DNA of 64,000 nt from an uncultured Bdellovibrio sp. (GCA_963932905.1 CAWVRN010000022.1:11182-75181), one strand, 5' to 3'; positions 1 to 9,384 are shown, numbered from the stretch's first letter. Notes: generated by a model from the sequence alone, not told the origin. Numbers and translations: made by a program.

Positions 1-942
1 CGAGATTTAAAATTGATTGATGAATTAGGTTTAAAACTTATCTATGCTCTCGATACTCATATTCACGCCGACCATATAACTGGTGCTGGAGAACTCCGAA
101 AACGCCTAGGAATTAAAACAGCAGTTAGTTCAGATGCAGAAGTCGCATGTGTTGATATACCGCTTGAGGACGGACAAGAACTTTTGCTTGGTGATAAAAC
201 AATTAAGGTCATTGCGACCCCAGGCCACACAAACACCTGCTTAACTTATGCTTTTGAAGGACTGATATTTACTGGTGACGCGTTACTAATTAGAAGCTGT
301 GGTCGTACAGATTTCCAACAGGGTGACTCAGCAAAACTTTATCACAGTGTTAGAGAAAAGCTGTTTAAGCTTCCTGAGGACACAAAAATATACCCAGGGC
401 ACGACTATCGCGGCCATACGTCATCGACAGTCGGAATTGAAAAGAAACACAATGCTCGATTGAATGAAAAAATCTCTCTGGATGATTTTAAAAAAATCAT
501 GTCAGAGCTTAAATTAGCCAATCCTAAAAAAATTCATGAAGCTGTTCCAGCAAACTTAGCCTGTGGAAAGCCGAAAGATGCGCGAACTCTTCATCCTCAG
601 GTGGTTGATGGAACACCAGAGATCACAGTTGAAGATTTGTTAACTCATCTTAGCGATGTGAAAAATAAAAAAATAAGACTTATCGATGTGCGTAGACCAG
701 ATGAGTACAACAACGAACTTGGTCATATCGAAGGAGCAGAGTTGATTACATTAGGAGCTGATCTGACGGCATTCCTAGAAAAAGGTGATCGCTCTGAAGA
801 AATTGTTTTTGTATGTCGTAGTGGAGGTCGCTCAGGAACGGCCACAGCGGAAAGTATAAAACTTGGATATAAATTTACGATTAATATGGCTGGCGGAATG
901 ATTCGGTGGAATGAAAAGAAGCAGCCCGTGGTGAGACAATAA
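1..942 (+). CDS. ETHE1-type persulfide dioxygenase (MBL fold) fused to a C-terminal rhodanese domain; 5' end outside window
   Basis: THIHADHITG, TPGHT, FTGDALLIRSCGRTDFQ and PGHDY motifs, then rhodanese LIDVR...VCRSGGRS; frame is open from base 1. Confidence 0.92.
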   Translation, partial: RDLKLIDELGLKLIYALDTHIHADHITGAGELRKRLGIKTAVSSDAEVACVDIPLEDGQELLLGDKTIKVIATPGHTNTCLTYAFEGLIFTGDALLIRSCGRTDFQQGDSAKLYHSVREKLFKLPEDTKIYPGHDYRGHTSSTVGIEKKHNARLNEKISLDDFKKIMSELKLANPKKIHEAVPANLACGKPKDARTLHPQVVDGTPEITVEDLLTHLSDVKNKKIRLIDVRRPDEYNNELGHIEGAELITLGADLTAFLEKGDRSEEIVFVCRSGGRSGTATAESIKLGYKFTINMAGGMIRWNEKKQPVVRQ

Positions 943-954
943 AGGAGAATTTAA

Positions 955-1377
955 ATGAGTCAGGATTGGATGAATGCATTATTGGGTGGAGTTTTAATTG
1001 GAGTATCGGTTTCGTTGATGCTTCTTTGGAACGGACGAGTCACTGGCATAAGTGGGATCGTCAACGGGGCCATGACACCAGTAAAAGGAGACACGCTTTG
1101 GAGAGTCTTATTTATTGCGGGGCTATTTCTTGGTGGATTAGTGATGGGACAATTAAATCCTAAAGTTTTTGAGAATACAATTGCGTCTGATATTTGGACG
1201 ACAGTGGCTGCGGGGTTACTCGTTGGTTTTGGCACTATATTAGGTAGTGGATGCACAAGCGGTCATGGCGTTTGCGGCATAAGCCGGATGTCACCAAGAT
1301 CTTTAGTTGCAACTGTAGTTTTTATGGCAGCTGGAATTGCAGCGGTTTTTATCTTCAGAAAGTTAGGAGTTTACTAA
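955..1377 (+). CDS. YeeE/YedE family sulfur-compound transporter subunit
   Basis: GRVTGISG and GFGT..GSGCTSGHGVCG motifs; hydrophobic. Confidence 0.9.
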   Translation: MSQDWMNALLGGVLIGVSVSLMLLWNGRVTGISGIVNGAMTPVKGDTLWRVLFIAGLFLGGLVMGQLNPKVFENTIASDIWTTVAAGLLVGFGTILGSGCTSGHGVCGISRMSPRSLVATVVFMAAGIAAVFIFRKLGVY

Positions 1378-1805
1378 TGAAAAATTCTATTGCAGCCCTT
1401 GTTGTCGGATTTGTTTTTGCAATCGGTCTTGGTCTTTCTGGAATGACACAGCCTCAAAAGGTGATTGGGTTTTTGGACTTATTTGGCCAATGGGACCCCT
1501 CATTAATATTTGTGATGGTTGGCGCAATTATTGTTCACTTTGTTACATTTAAATTGATTCGAAAAAGAAACTCTCCACTATTCAGTAGCCAGTGGCATGT
1601 TCCAACAAAAAAGGAAATCACCCCAGCCTTAATGATTGGTGCCTTTATTTTTGGAATTGGATGGGCGCTAGGCGGATTTTGTCCGGGACCTGCTATTACA
1701 TCTATGGCGAGCTTTGATAAAACACCTTTCGTTTTTGTCATTAGCATGGTTGTCGGTATGGTGCTATTTCGACATGTCGACAAGAAACTTAAACTTCAAA
1801 AGTAG
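1377..1805 (+). CDS. YeeE/YedE family (DUF6691-like) partner membrane protein
   Basis: GLGLSGMTQPQKVIGFLD..G.WDPSL and GWALGGFCPGPA; ATG at 1377 overlaps the upstream stop. Confidence 0.88.
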   Translation: MKNSIAALVVGFVFAIGLGLSGMTQPQKVIGFLDLFGQWDPSLIFVMVGAIIVHFVTFKLIRKRNSPLFSSQWHVPTKKEITPALMIGAFIFGIGWALGGFCPGPAITSMASFDKTPFVFVISMVVGMVLFRHVDKKLKLQK

Positions 1806-1811
1806 GAATGT

Positions 1812-2612
1812 ATGGAAATCATAGGTTATATTGCTTCGATTTTTATGGGACTTTCTCTGGGAATGATCGGCGGTGGTGGTTCAATTTTAACAGTCCCTAT
1901 TTTAGTTTATCTGTTTGGGACGAATCCGATCACAGCTACGGCGTACTCTTTGTTTATCGTTGGATCAACAGCGCTCGTCGGTGGTATTTCGTATCTTAAA
2001 AAGGGAGAAGTCGATCTTAAGACTGGTTTTATTTTCGCAGTTCCCAGTTTCATCGGGGTTTATTTAACACGAGCCTATGTAGTTCCAGCTCTTCCTGATC
2101 CCGTCTTTTCTTTGGGGTCTTTTGTGTTTTCAAAACCACTTCTTATTATGTTGGTTTTTGCAATTTTGATGGTGGCAGCATCTTTATCAATGATTAAGAC
2201 CAAAAAAGCAGAGGCAAGTAAGGCCGAACTAAGCCCAACTGCAAAATTTCTCTTGATTGGTGCAGAAGGTTTTATTGTTGGCGGTGTAACTGGATTCGTT
2301 GGAGCTGGTGGTGGTTTCTTAATTATACCGGCATTAGTTATACTGGTCGGAATGCCCATGAAGATCGCAGTGGGAACATCCTTATTTATTATCGCTGCAA
2401 AGTCTTTAATTGGCTTCACCGGTGATTTACAACATCACGCTCAGATTGAGTGGTCTCTATTGACGACACTCACGGCGATTGCAGTTTTTGGATTATTTAT
2501 CGGCATGTATCTTACAAAAAAAGTTTCAGAAAAAGGTCTTAAAAAAGGATTTGGGTATTTTGTCTTGTTGATGGGTGCCTTTATTTTATTTGATCAACTT
2601 AAAAAACTATAA
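1812..2612 (+). CDS. TauE/SafE family sulfite exporter
   Basis: GMIGGGGSILTVP and GFVGAGGGFLIIPAL repeats; multiple TM segments. Confidence 0.9.
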   Translation: MEIIGYIASIFMGLSLGMIGGGGSILTVPILVYLFGTNPITATAYSLFIVGSTALVGGISYLKKGEVDLKTGFIFAVPSFIGVYLTRAYVVPALPDPVFSLGSFVFSKPLLIMLVFAILMVAASLSMIKTKKAEASKAELSPTAKFLLIGAEGFIVGGVTGFVGAGGGFLIIPALVILVGMPMKIAVGTSLFIIAAKSLIGFTGDLQHHAQIEWSLLTTLTAIAVFGLFIGMYLTKKVSEKGLKKGFGYFVLLMGAFILFDQLKKL

Positions 2613-2627
2613 AAGTCAGGAGTCAAA

Positions 2628-2921
2628 ATGTCTAAAACAGCTTATAAAGTTCTTATTCTAGGTGGTGGAGCAGGCGGAATTTCTGTAGCTGCAAAACTAA
2701 GGCGAGAATTGGATTCAGGGGAAATTGCGATTATTGATCCCACGGATAAGCATTTCTATCAGCCATTATGGACAGTTGCCGGAACAGGCTTAATGGATAA
2801 AACAGAAACAGAAAAAGATGAAAGAGACTTAATCCCCAATGGTGTGGATTGGATAAAAGAGTCTGTTCTATCAACAGGTCAAACAAAAATCACACCATCT
2901 CCGAAACCTCCTGTGGACTGA
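2628..2921 (+). pseudogene. sqr: Truncated sulfide:quinone oxidoreductase (N-terminal FAD-binding fragment)
   Basis: VLILGGGAGGISVAA and HFYQPLWT match the SQR N-terminus; similarity is lost after about 80 aa and the ORF stops at 97 aa (family is about 400 aa). Confidence 0.8.
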
Positions 2922-3059
2922 CATTAAGAGAGAACATTCTCAATCAGAAATGGAATATGAAAACGAAGTTTTAGATCTCTGGCACAAGTTGGCACGTCCA
3001 TGGCGCTCTGGACCCTGCTGCCTCCTGACCTCTACTTTTGGCACACTTTCAAAGCCCCG

Positions 3060-3130
3060 CCAGCAATACCACACCTCAATAAATTCAATTATCGCTGATT
3101 TCGCCTTGTACAGATGGGCAAATGTCATCA
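3060..3130 (-). mobile_element. Possible IS3-family transposase C-terminal remnant
   Basis: Minus strand reads TFAHLYKAKSAIIEFIEVWY, resembling the IS3 tail F..l.eA..aIfeyIevwYN; very short match. Confidence 0.4.
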
Positions 3131-3159
3131 ATTTTGGATGATGGGATTTTGACATCTAA

Positions 3160-3189
3160 AGAATGGGCTCAATTTCTTCAGCCCATTCT
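3160..3189. terminator. Stem-loop downstream of the kinase operon, possible terminator
   Basis: AGAATGGGCT (3160-3169) and AGCCCATTCT (3180-3189) form a perfect 10-bp inverted repeat; weak U tail. Confidence 0.5.
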
Positions 3190-3296
3190 GGTATTAGAAT
3201 TTTTCAAAAAGTAATTGCAGGCTTTTTATAAAAACGACATGAGATTTCTTAACAGCAGCCACTGACCATTCGGGCATGGCCGGTAGTTCAATGGAT

Positions 3297-4853
3297 CTAC
3301 CTAACAACCAAAGGCATATCGAGAATTTGGCTCTTAGGAATCAAATAAACCCCGTGACGGACGCATGCGGCTTGAACTTCGCTATTATCAAAATGGCCCG
3401 TAACCAAGCATCTAGTCGCGGTTGGTGGCGCTTTTTGAAGCCAGTCGAGACCGGTGTCATCCGCTCCCAAATCAAAGTCAAAAAGAAAGGTGCATAAGTT
3501 TGGTTGGATTTGAATATCTTGTTGCTCCGAGAGCAGTTCTTGTCCTTGGCTCATGAACTTAGTTCGTTTCAATAGATCGGTGTCGTGAAATTTTAATTTC
3601 CACAGCGCTCGGCCTGTTTCTTTATCGTCTAGAACATAAATTCGTGAATCTGCACTAAGTTTTAGTCTTGGTAAATACCATGCAGCCCTGTCCTTTGTCG
3701 GCAGTCGAATCCTAACCGTGGTTCCAATTCCAAGTACGGATTCCAACTTAACAGAACCGCCCCAAGCCTCAATATTTTCTTTGGCATGAGAAAGGCCAAT
3801 GCCTGATCCACTAATTTTGCCATGAGAAAAATTCTTCTCAAAAACATAAGGCACGTTTTTAGGATCAATTCCTTTTCCGTTATCAATTACTGAAATTTCA
3901 ACTTCACCACCGGCATCCTTAGCACGAACAACAATTTTTCCCGACAAATCAATCGCTTCAATAGAATTTGTTACTATGTTTCCCAAAATAGCTCGAAGCT
4001 CAACTGGGACATGTGACACTAATGTTGAGCAAATCATGTCGTCTACTTCATATTGAAAATCAATTGTTTTAGAAACATAAAGTGTAAGTTCTCGCTTTGC
4101 TTGCAATAAGGTGCTGTAAAGATCCGACTCGAATTCTTCTGACAGCTCGCCAATGGGTCTATCGTCAAGCTTTGCAATTAGCTCTTTAATCTGACTGATA
4201 GTGAGCTCTAAAAGTTCACGATCATTACCGACAGCCTCAGGTAATTTTTTTGGAATTCGCATTAGTGCGGCCAAGGGTGTGCGTAAGTTATGTCGCACTT
4301 GTTGAGCCACTTCACTTTTAGCAAGCTTTTTCTCGATTTCTAAATCTCGGTCAAACTGTTCAATTAACTTTCGCTTTAAAAAGCGCGTTTGTGGTATAGA
4401 CACTAGATTTAAAATCAGCCAAATTAGAAATGCGTAAGGAATTAAACGAAACCGTTCAAATTCAAAAACAATTTCATCTGTTGTTCCCGATGAAATAGAG
4501 CTCTGAATTGGTACACGAATAGAATCCCGGCTAGCTGTTTTCCAAAAACTTTGATCTTTAAAAACTTCTGCTTTAGGCGGAATCACGAACGATCTTCCAG
4601 GCTGAGTCGATTTATAGTGAATCGTAGTGAAGCTTGAGAGCCTGGCTTCTTGTAAAATCAAGGTTGCTTCTCTGAAATCCCCGATTTTAACCATCCTAGA
4701 TAAGAATCGAGTATTTTCCTCAGCTACTTTTTGCAAATGAAGCGCGTTGAAGACAACTGAAACTCCGCAAAAAATCAGAAGACATAGCCCCGAAATGATG
4801 TACTGCTTGCGTTCGAACGCTTTAATTTTATGCGCCGGTGTTTTATTATTCAT
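3297..4853 (-). CDS. Membrane hybrid sensor histidine kinase with a C-terminal receiver-like domain
   Basis: Two TM segments; H-box AQQVRHNLRTPL; N box NIVTNSIEA; DNGKGI and GSGIGL; C-terminal VLDD...FLFD...LVTG...IPK. Confidence 0.9.
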   Translation of the reverse strand: MNNKTPAHKIKAFERKQYIISGLCLLIFCGVSVVFNALHLQKVAEENTRFLSRMVKIGDFREATLILQEARLSSFTTIHYKSTQPGRSFVIPPKAEVFKDQSFWKTASRDSIRVPIQSSISSGTTDEIVFEFERFRLIPYAFLIWLILNLVSIPQTRFLKRKLIEQFDRDLEIEKKLAKSEVAQQVRHNLRTPLAALMRIPKKLPEAVGNDRELLELTISQIKELIAKLDDRPIGELSEEFESDLYSTLLQAKRELTLYVSKTIDFQYEVDDMICSTLVSHVPVELRAILGNIVTNSIEAIDLSGKIVVRAKDAGGEVEISVIDNGKGIDPKNVPYVFEKNFSHGKISGSGIGLSHAKENIEAWGGSVKLESVLGIGTTVRIRLPTKDRAAWYLPRLKLSADSRIYVLDDKETGRALWKLKFHDTDLLKRTKFMSQGQELLSEQQDIQIQPNLCTFLFDFDLGADDTGLDWLQKAPPTATRCLVTGHFDNSEVQAACVRHGVYLIPKSQILDMPLVVR

Positions 4854-5653
4854 TGGCCATCCGCCGTTTCTGCAACAAAACGAGCCGTCTGAATCGGCGC
4901 ACTTGATAGAATTGAAACTTGTGAATGATCGACGTGAACTCTTTTTAGCATCGGAATGTCAGTGCGGAAATCGTCTGCGTCAATGTCACAAACAAGCAGG
5001 GGTTCAATCTGAGATAAAAATTTTGAATCTATATGCCATGGGAGCTCTACATCAGACTTTTTGTTTTCATCGGTAAGCCATGCAAAATTTGGCAGAGCTT
5101 CCAATAACGATCGCTGAATACTTTTTTCTAAGGAATTCGACAAAGCAAATCCAAAAGCCGTGGCACCGCCAGAAGTGACCTTCATTGAACACACTAATCC
5201 GAATAGTTCTTGAGGCGTTTGCATTTTATAAAAACTTAATTCGGATTCGGGATTTAGATTTCTAAACTTTTTTGTATCGATGCTTTCAAGAAAAATTTGG
5301 TGAAATGGAATTTTTTCTTTAAGATGTTTTTTAAGATAAAATCGTTCCAAAGCCTCGTGACTGGCATGATCGATGGGATCATATGTGCTACCTATCGCAA
5401 ATCCAACGGAATCAAATCCCAAGCTTTTACAAATCAATCGCTCGATTGCCTCGGCAACGGATTTTTCAAGTGCAATTTCACGGCTAGAATCTACGCCTCG
5501 ACCTTTTGCCTCAGTACCATCCCAGGAAAGAGTCGTAGAAAAATCGTGTAACCCAGGAAGGATACGATTAGACCAGCTAAACTCTTTAAATCGAGGATTT
5601 AGCTCATGCCGTTTTGAATAAAGCCAAGCGGCTAGTGGAGTTTTATTCGCCAT
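4850..5653 (-). CDS. Minimal YcaO-like protein
   Basis: Three YcaO-type motifs in order: GRG..S...A..KSVAEAIER, DSVGFAIGST...HEALER, AFGFA......IQRSLLEA; only 267 aa. Confidence 0.65.
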   Translation of the reverse strand: MANKTPLAAWLYSKRHELNPRFKEFSWSNRILPGLHDFSTTLSWDGTEAKGRGVDSSREIALEKSVAEAIERLICKSLGFDSVGFAIGSTYDPIDHASHEALERFYLKKHLKEKIPFHQIFLESIDTKKFRNLNPESELSFYKMQTPQELFGLVCSMKVTSGGATAFGFALSNSLEKSIQRSLLEALPNFAWLTDENKKSDVELPWHIDSKFLSQIEPLLVCDIDADDFRTDIPMLKRVHVDHSQVSILSSAPIQTARFVAETADGQ

Positions 5654-7170
5654 AATTGATTATTCGCATAGAGTTCTGATAGTTCGATCTTCCAAGGTTT
5701 TCTAACTAAAGCCGCGTACGGTGATGCGATTAGCGGTACAATCGCAGGTTCAGATAATGCTTTATAATGAAGTTCCTTAAGCTTATTAATCCGTACTGCT
5801 TTATCATCAGTAGCCATGTAATCAGCTAGCCACGCCGAACGCTGCGACTTTGAAAGCCCCAAGAGTCCAGCATTTAATGAATACGAAATAAGACTAATGT
5901 CTTCCATAAATCCGGTGTCTCCTGATGCAAGCCACGCATGAGGAATATCTTCTTCATTTTCATATTTCTTAAATTCCGGCGAATTTGTTTCTTGGTAACA
6001 ATTAGCCATAGGAAGTGCCGTCTGGATCGGGTTCGCCCATTCTTCAATGGCAGAGCGCCGGATGAGTCCAAGTTTAAAATGCTTTTTCGGAGCAGTCATA
6101 TCTTGAGTGCTTACTTCGACGAGACGTTGCTGCTGCTGAACTGTCAGTCCACCTTCGCCAAGGCTTGGAAAAAACTCAGCTCTTTGCTCATAACCCGGAA
6201 TATTTTCATAAAGTTTTGCAAAGACGGCTTTCATCTTTTCGCCAATAAATCGTCTTTCACCAGCAGATAGTTCTTTTTGGCCTCGTTCAGTAAAAACGAG
6301 AAAAAGACTTCTGATTTTCATTGTTACGTGACTTTCAAAATCTGCATTATTTGCAGCAAAGCGAAGCGCCTCACTCACTTTGGTTGAGTCTACTGTGGTT
6401 AAATGATCAATCCGATTTTCTTTTAGAGCGGTAAGGCTTGAATTCATAACCGAAGTGTCCATGGGCACTAATACGATCTTGTCAGCGATCTCAGAAGACG
6501 CAAAATAATGATTCGGATTCAGCCTAAGTACGATGTTTCCATTTCCATCATCTTCTGACAGCGAATATGGACCACTTGTTTCAGAAAAATTCGTAATTTT
6601 TAGTGTTTTTGGATCAACGCTAGATTTTGGGATTATAGCAAAATCAATCGCTGAAAGCATTGGCAGCAAAAACGATTTTCTTCCCTTGGCTTCAAGGTAC
6701 ACATGCCCGTTGTCCTGTCGAATGCCAGGGCATGGGTCTTCAACTGATTTTAGCTCGACGCCAGGGCAAACAATATCTTTAAAATTCCCATGTGTATTGC
6801 CGGAAAGAATTAAAAGTCTTTTTAACGAAAAAATGACGTCATCAGCGGTGATAGGAGCACCGGAAATAGTTTTTAGACCCTTTCTGATGGTGAGTCGAAG
6901 CTCGTCACCGACCCAATCAACCTTTTCAGCAACACCAGGCTCGATGGACCCACTTTTTGAGATTTCAACGAGCGGCGAAAACACATTCTCTAAAAAAATA
7001 TACTCATAGTCCATACTGATGCTGGTCGGCTCATAAGTTGAGGCCTTCAGCTTAGCTGGAAAGGCCACTCGCAATGTTCGATCTTTATTTACATTTTTCA
7101 TAGAAAGCAGTCCTCCGACAACGAGCACAACAGCGGTCAATGTTAGCATTTTGATAGTAATATTCTTCAT
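5632..7170 (-). CDS. Family 5 (OppA/DppA-like) extracytoplasmic solute-binding protein
   Basis: N-terminal signal/anchor; VFSPLV...IEPGVAE, LTIRKG...SGAPITADDVIFSL, SGPY and LRLNPNHY motifs. Confidence 0.85.
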   Translation of the reverse strand: MKNITIKMLTLTAVVLVVGGLLSMKNVNKDRTLRVAFPAKLKASTYEPTSISMDYEYIFLENVFSPLVEISKSGSIEPGVAEKVDWVGDELRLTIRKGLKTISGAPITADDVIFSLKRLLILSGNTHGNFKDIVCPGVELKSVEDPCPGIRQDNGHVYLEAKGRKSFLLPMLSAIDFAIIPKSSVDPKTLKITNFSETSGPYSLSEDDGNGNIVLRLNPNHYFASSEIADKIVLVPMDTSVMNSSLTALKENRIDHLTTVDSTKVSEALRFAANNADFESHVTMKIRSLFLVFTERGQKELSAGERRFIGEKMKAVFAKLYENIPGYEQRAEFFPSLGEGGLTVQQQQRLVEVSTQDMTAPKKHFKLGLIRRSAIEEWANPIQTALPMANCYQETNSPEFKKYENEEDIPHAWLASGDTGFMEDISLISYSLNAGLLGLSKSQRSAWLADYMATDDKAVRINKLKELHYKALSEPAIVPLIASPYAALVRKPWKIELSELYANNQLWRIKLH

Positions 7171-7182
7171 ATAATTCTGACC

Positions 7183-7458
7183 TTAATATGGTCCTCCACC
7201 AAGACAAACCGTGTCGGGATCTGTTGTGCCACGGTCAATACGGCCTTCAGATTCAAGAACGCTTAGAATATCGTGATCAAATTGCACGCACTGGTTTTGG
7301 TTTGCTGTCAGGGTTTTAGTGCTACCTAAAATCCTAATCGCCCAGGCGATCTGCTGTTTTTGCAGCGGAGTCAACTTCTTGGCCTGATCTACATCAGCTA
7401 AAGCCGTGACGTTAATTCCCACCATCCCTGCGAAAATTGCTAAAATTGTTTTCTTCAT
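7183..7458 (-). CDS. Small secreted protein (91 aa), candidate signal precursor
   Basis: Sec-type signal MKKTILAIFAGMVGINVTALA; GAGGGGG SD; start overlaps the regulator stop; two Cys; ends TVCLGGGPY. Confidence 0.75.
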   Translation of the reverse strand: MKKTILAIFAGMVGINVTALADVDQAKKLTPLQKQQIAWAIRILGSTKTLTANQNQCVQFDHDILSVLESEGRIDRGTTDPDTVCLGGGPY

Positions 7459-8846
7459 AATTCATCCCCCTCTAATGTTTTTTGTTTGAGTTCAAATCCA
7501 TATTTTTTCATTTTTTCACGTACAGTACTCCGACTAAGACCTAGTATTCGGGCTGTAGCTGCTATCGATCCACCTTCTTCGATAGCTTTTAGAACAATTT
7601 TTTTCTCGGTGCTCATTTGACTCAGTTTAAGCATTTCTAAATCCGCAGGCTTTATTTTTATGTTAGAAATGTCGGCTCGTGTTTTTAATAAATCGGCATC
7701 CAGGTATTTTTCTGGCGAAAGGTTTACTAAAAATCGAATGCAATGCTCTAGTTCACGCACATTGCCTGGCCAACTTAGTTTTTTAAGTTCCTCAGCAGTA
7801 GATTCTAGAAGAATTTTATTTTCTCCTGACTCTGCATTGGCTTTTTTTAAAAAAGCTTGCGCCAGAATAAGAATATCTTCTGGCCGTTCTCTGAGCGGCT
7901 TGACATTAATAGGAAGGACATTGAGCCTAAAGAACAAATCCTCACGAAAAGATTTTTCTGCAATCAGTTTTTCTAACGGAGCATTGGTCGCTGCAATTAG
8001 TCTGAAATCTATTTTTTTACTTTCATTTGAACCCACAGGAGTAATTGTTTTTTCTTGAAGAACACGCAGTAAAGTGGCCTGCAAATGTTTCGGCATTTCG
8101 CCGATCTCATCTAAAAAAATCGACCCGCCGCTAGCACTTTCAAAATGGCCTTTTCGGCTGCGAGCGGCTCCAGTGAAGGCGCCTTTTTCATGACCAAAGA
8201 GTTCACTTTCAATTAAATTTTCTGGAATAGCAGCGCAATTGACAGCAACAAATGGCATTCTGTTTCTTGGCGAAAGATTGTGTATGGCGCGGGCCACTTT
8301 TTCTTTTCCCGTTCCATTTTCGCCACGAATCAAGACCGAATCATTTGCTGGTGCAAATTTTTGAATGAGCCTTGCTACATCAGCCATTGATTCTGAAACT
8401 CCAATCATGCCAACCGATGAAATTAATTTTTGATTGTCTGTGTGTGTAGAAATTAACAGCGGTTTTTCACGACGTTCGACTTCACGACAGGCGCGATGCA
8501 AAATCCCCAGCAGCTTTGCTTCGCCGATATCTTTTTCAACAAAGAAAACTGCACCAGAGTTTAAAGATTTATTGTGCGCATCGATAGAATCATCACCAGA
8601 CAAAGCCAGGACAGTAAGCTTAGGTTCAATCTGTTTGAGTTTTTGAATAGTCTCAGGGCCTTGGATTTCTGGCATATGGTAATCAACTAGGGCTAAAGAA
8701 AATGATGCTACCCTTTGACGAATAAGTGCGATGGCCTCATCACCGGTAGACACAGCACGAACAAAGAAGCCTTCATCGTTTAAAAACGAAGTCATTGAAC
8801 GCCGAAATGCCAGATCATCATCTACGAGTAGGATGTTGTGCTTCAA
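7455..8846 (-). CDS. Sigma54-dependent NtrC/AtoC-family response regulator (REC-AAA+-Fis HTH)
   Basis: LLVDDD, LVDYHMP, GENGTGKE, ESELFGHEKGAFTGA, FLDEIGE, WPGNVRELE and a C-terminal HTH; TTG start. Confidence 0.95.
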   Translation of the reverse strand: MKHNILLVDDDLAFRRSMTSFLNDEGFFVRAVSTGDEAIALIRQRVASFSLALVDYHMPEIQGPETIQKLKQIEPKLTVLALSGDDSIDAHNKSLNSGAVFFVEKDIGEAKLLGILHRACREVERREKPLLISTHTDNQKLISSVGMIGVSESMADVARLIQKFAPANDSVLIRGENGTGKEKVARAIHNLSPRNRMPFVAVNCAAIPENLIESELFGHEKGAFTGAARSRKGHFESASGGSIFLDEIGEMPKHLQATLLRVLQEKTITPVGSNESKKIDFRLIAATNAPLEKLIAEKSFREDLFFRLNVLPINVKPLRERPEDILILAQAFLKKANAESGENKILLESTAEELKKLSWPGNVRELEHCIRFLVNLSPEKYLDADLLKTRADISNIKIKPADLEMLKLSQMSTEKKIVLKAIEEGGSIAATARILGLSRSTVREKMKKYGFELKQKTLEGDEL

Positions 8847-8883
8847 ATTTTAATTCCCCCCACATTTTCCCTTCAATCACTGT

Positions 8884-8900
8884 TACAAATATAGTGCCCA
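8884..8900 (-). promoter_or_regulatory. Candidate sigma54 (-24/-12) promoter of the regulator operon
   Basis: Minus strand TGGGCACTATATTTGTA versus consensus TGGCAC-N5-TTGCW; GT in place of GC at -12. Confidence 0.55.
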
Positions 8901-9068
8901 AGCAGTTTGAACGCGAGCCTGCGTTTAAACAGATTTAGTAAAGTAACTCGCTTTAGATAAGGACTTTTAAGAGCCTAAAATGTGAATTTTCTGCATGGTC
9001 AAACTGCACCGGCTTTGCACGCACCTCGTAAGTGATTGTAACATCAATCGATTTGAATGGTTTTGGGG

Positions 9069-9384
9069 TGGCGGTTGTCCGCCAGGGGAACCTCCATAGG
9101 ATTCGCATAATTCGCCAAGCGATGTTGCTCGCTTGATTGGCCCCGTTCAAATTGGAATAGTATTTGCGATTAGTACCAACACAGCACACGTTAAGAGCAA
9201 ATTTTTTATTCAATTTAAACGATAGGGATTCAATAACATTAATCTGATGGCTAAAGCTTAGTAGTCCGCGGCTTCACCTGGCGATAATCTTGCCGCCACT
9301 GGTGGATAGCCGCCACCCTCATCATTTTTCTAAATCTTTGAATTGCTTTCTAATTTCCAAAACAGGGGTGGCGAATAACCGCCA
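9069..9384. promoter_or_regulatory. Three palindromic operator/enhancer sites, consensus TGGCGG-N4-CCGCCA
   Basis: TGGCGGttgtCCGCCA 9069-9084; TGGTGGatagCCGCCA 9300-9315; TGGCGAataaCCGCCA 9369-9384. Confidence 0.7.

Noticed and set aside
3000..3160. Possible attL (CCTGCTGCC near 3014; TTGGATG near 3134)
   Set aside because: Matches to the tRNA 3' end are only 7-9 nt and one is in the wrong orientation; not distinguishable from chance.
8953..9213. 86-aa ORF in the divergent control region
   Set aside because: No SD or motif, and it overlaps a palindromic site; treated as spurious.
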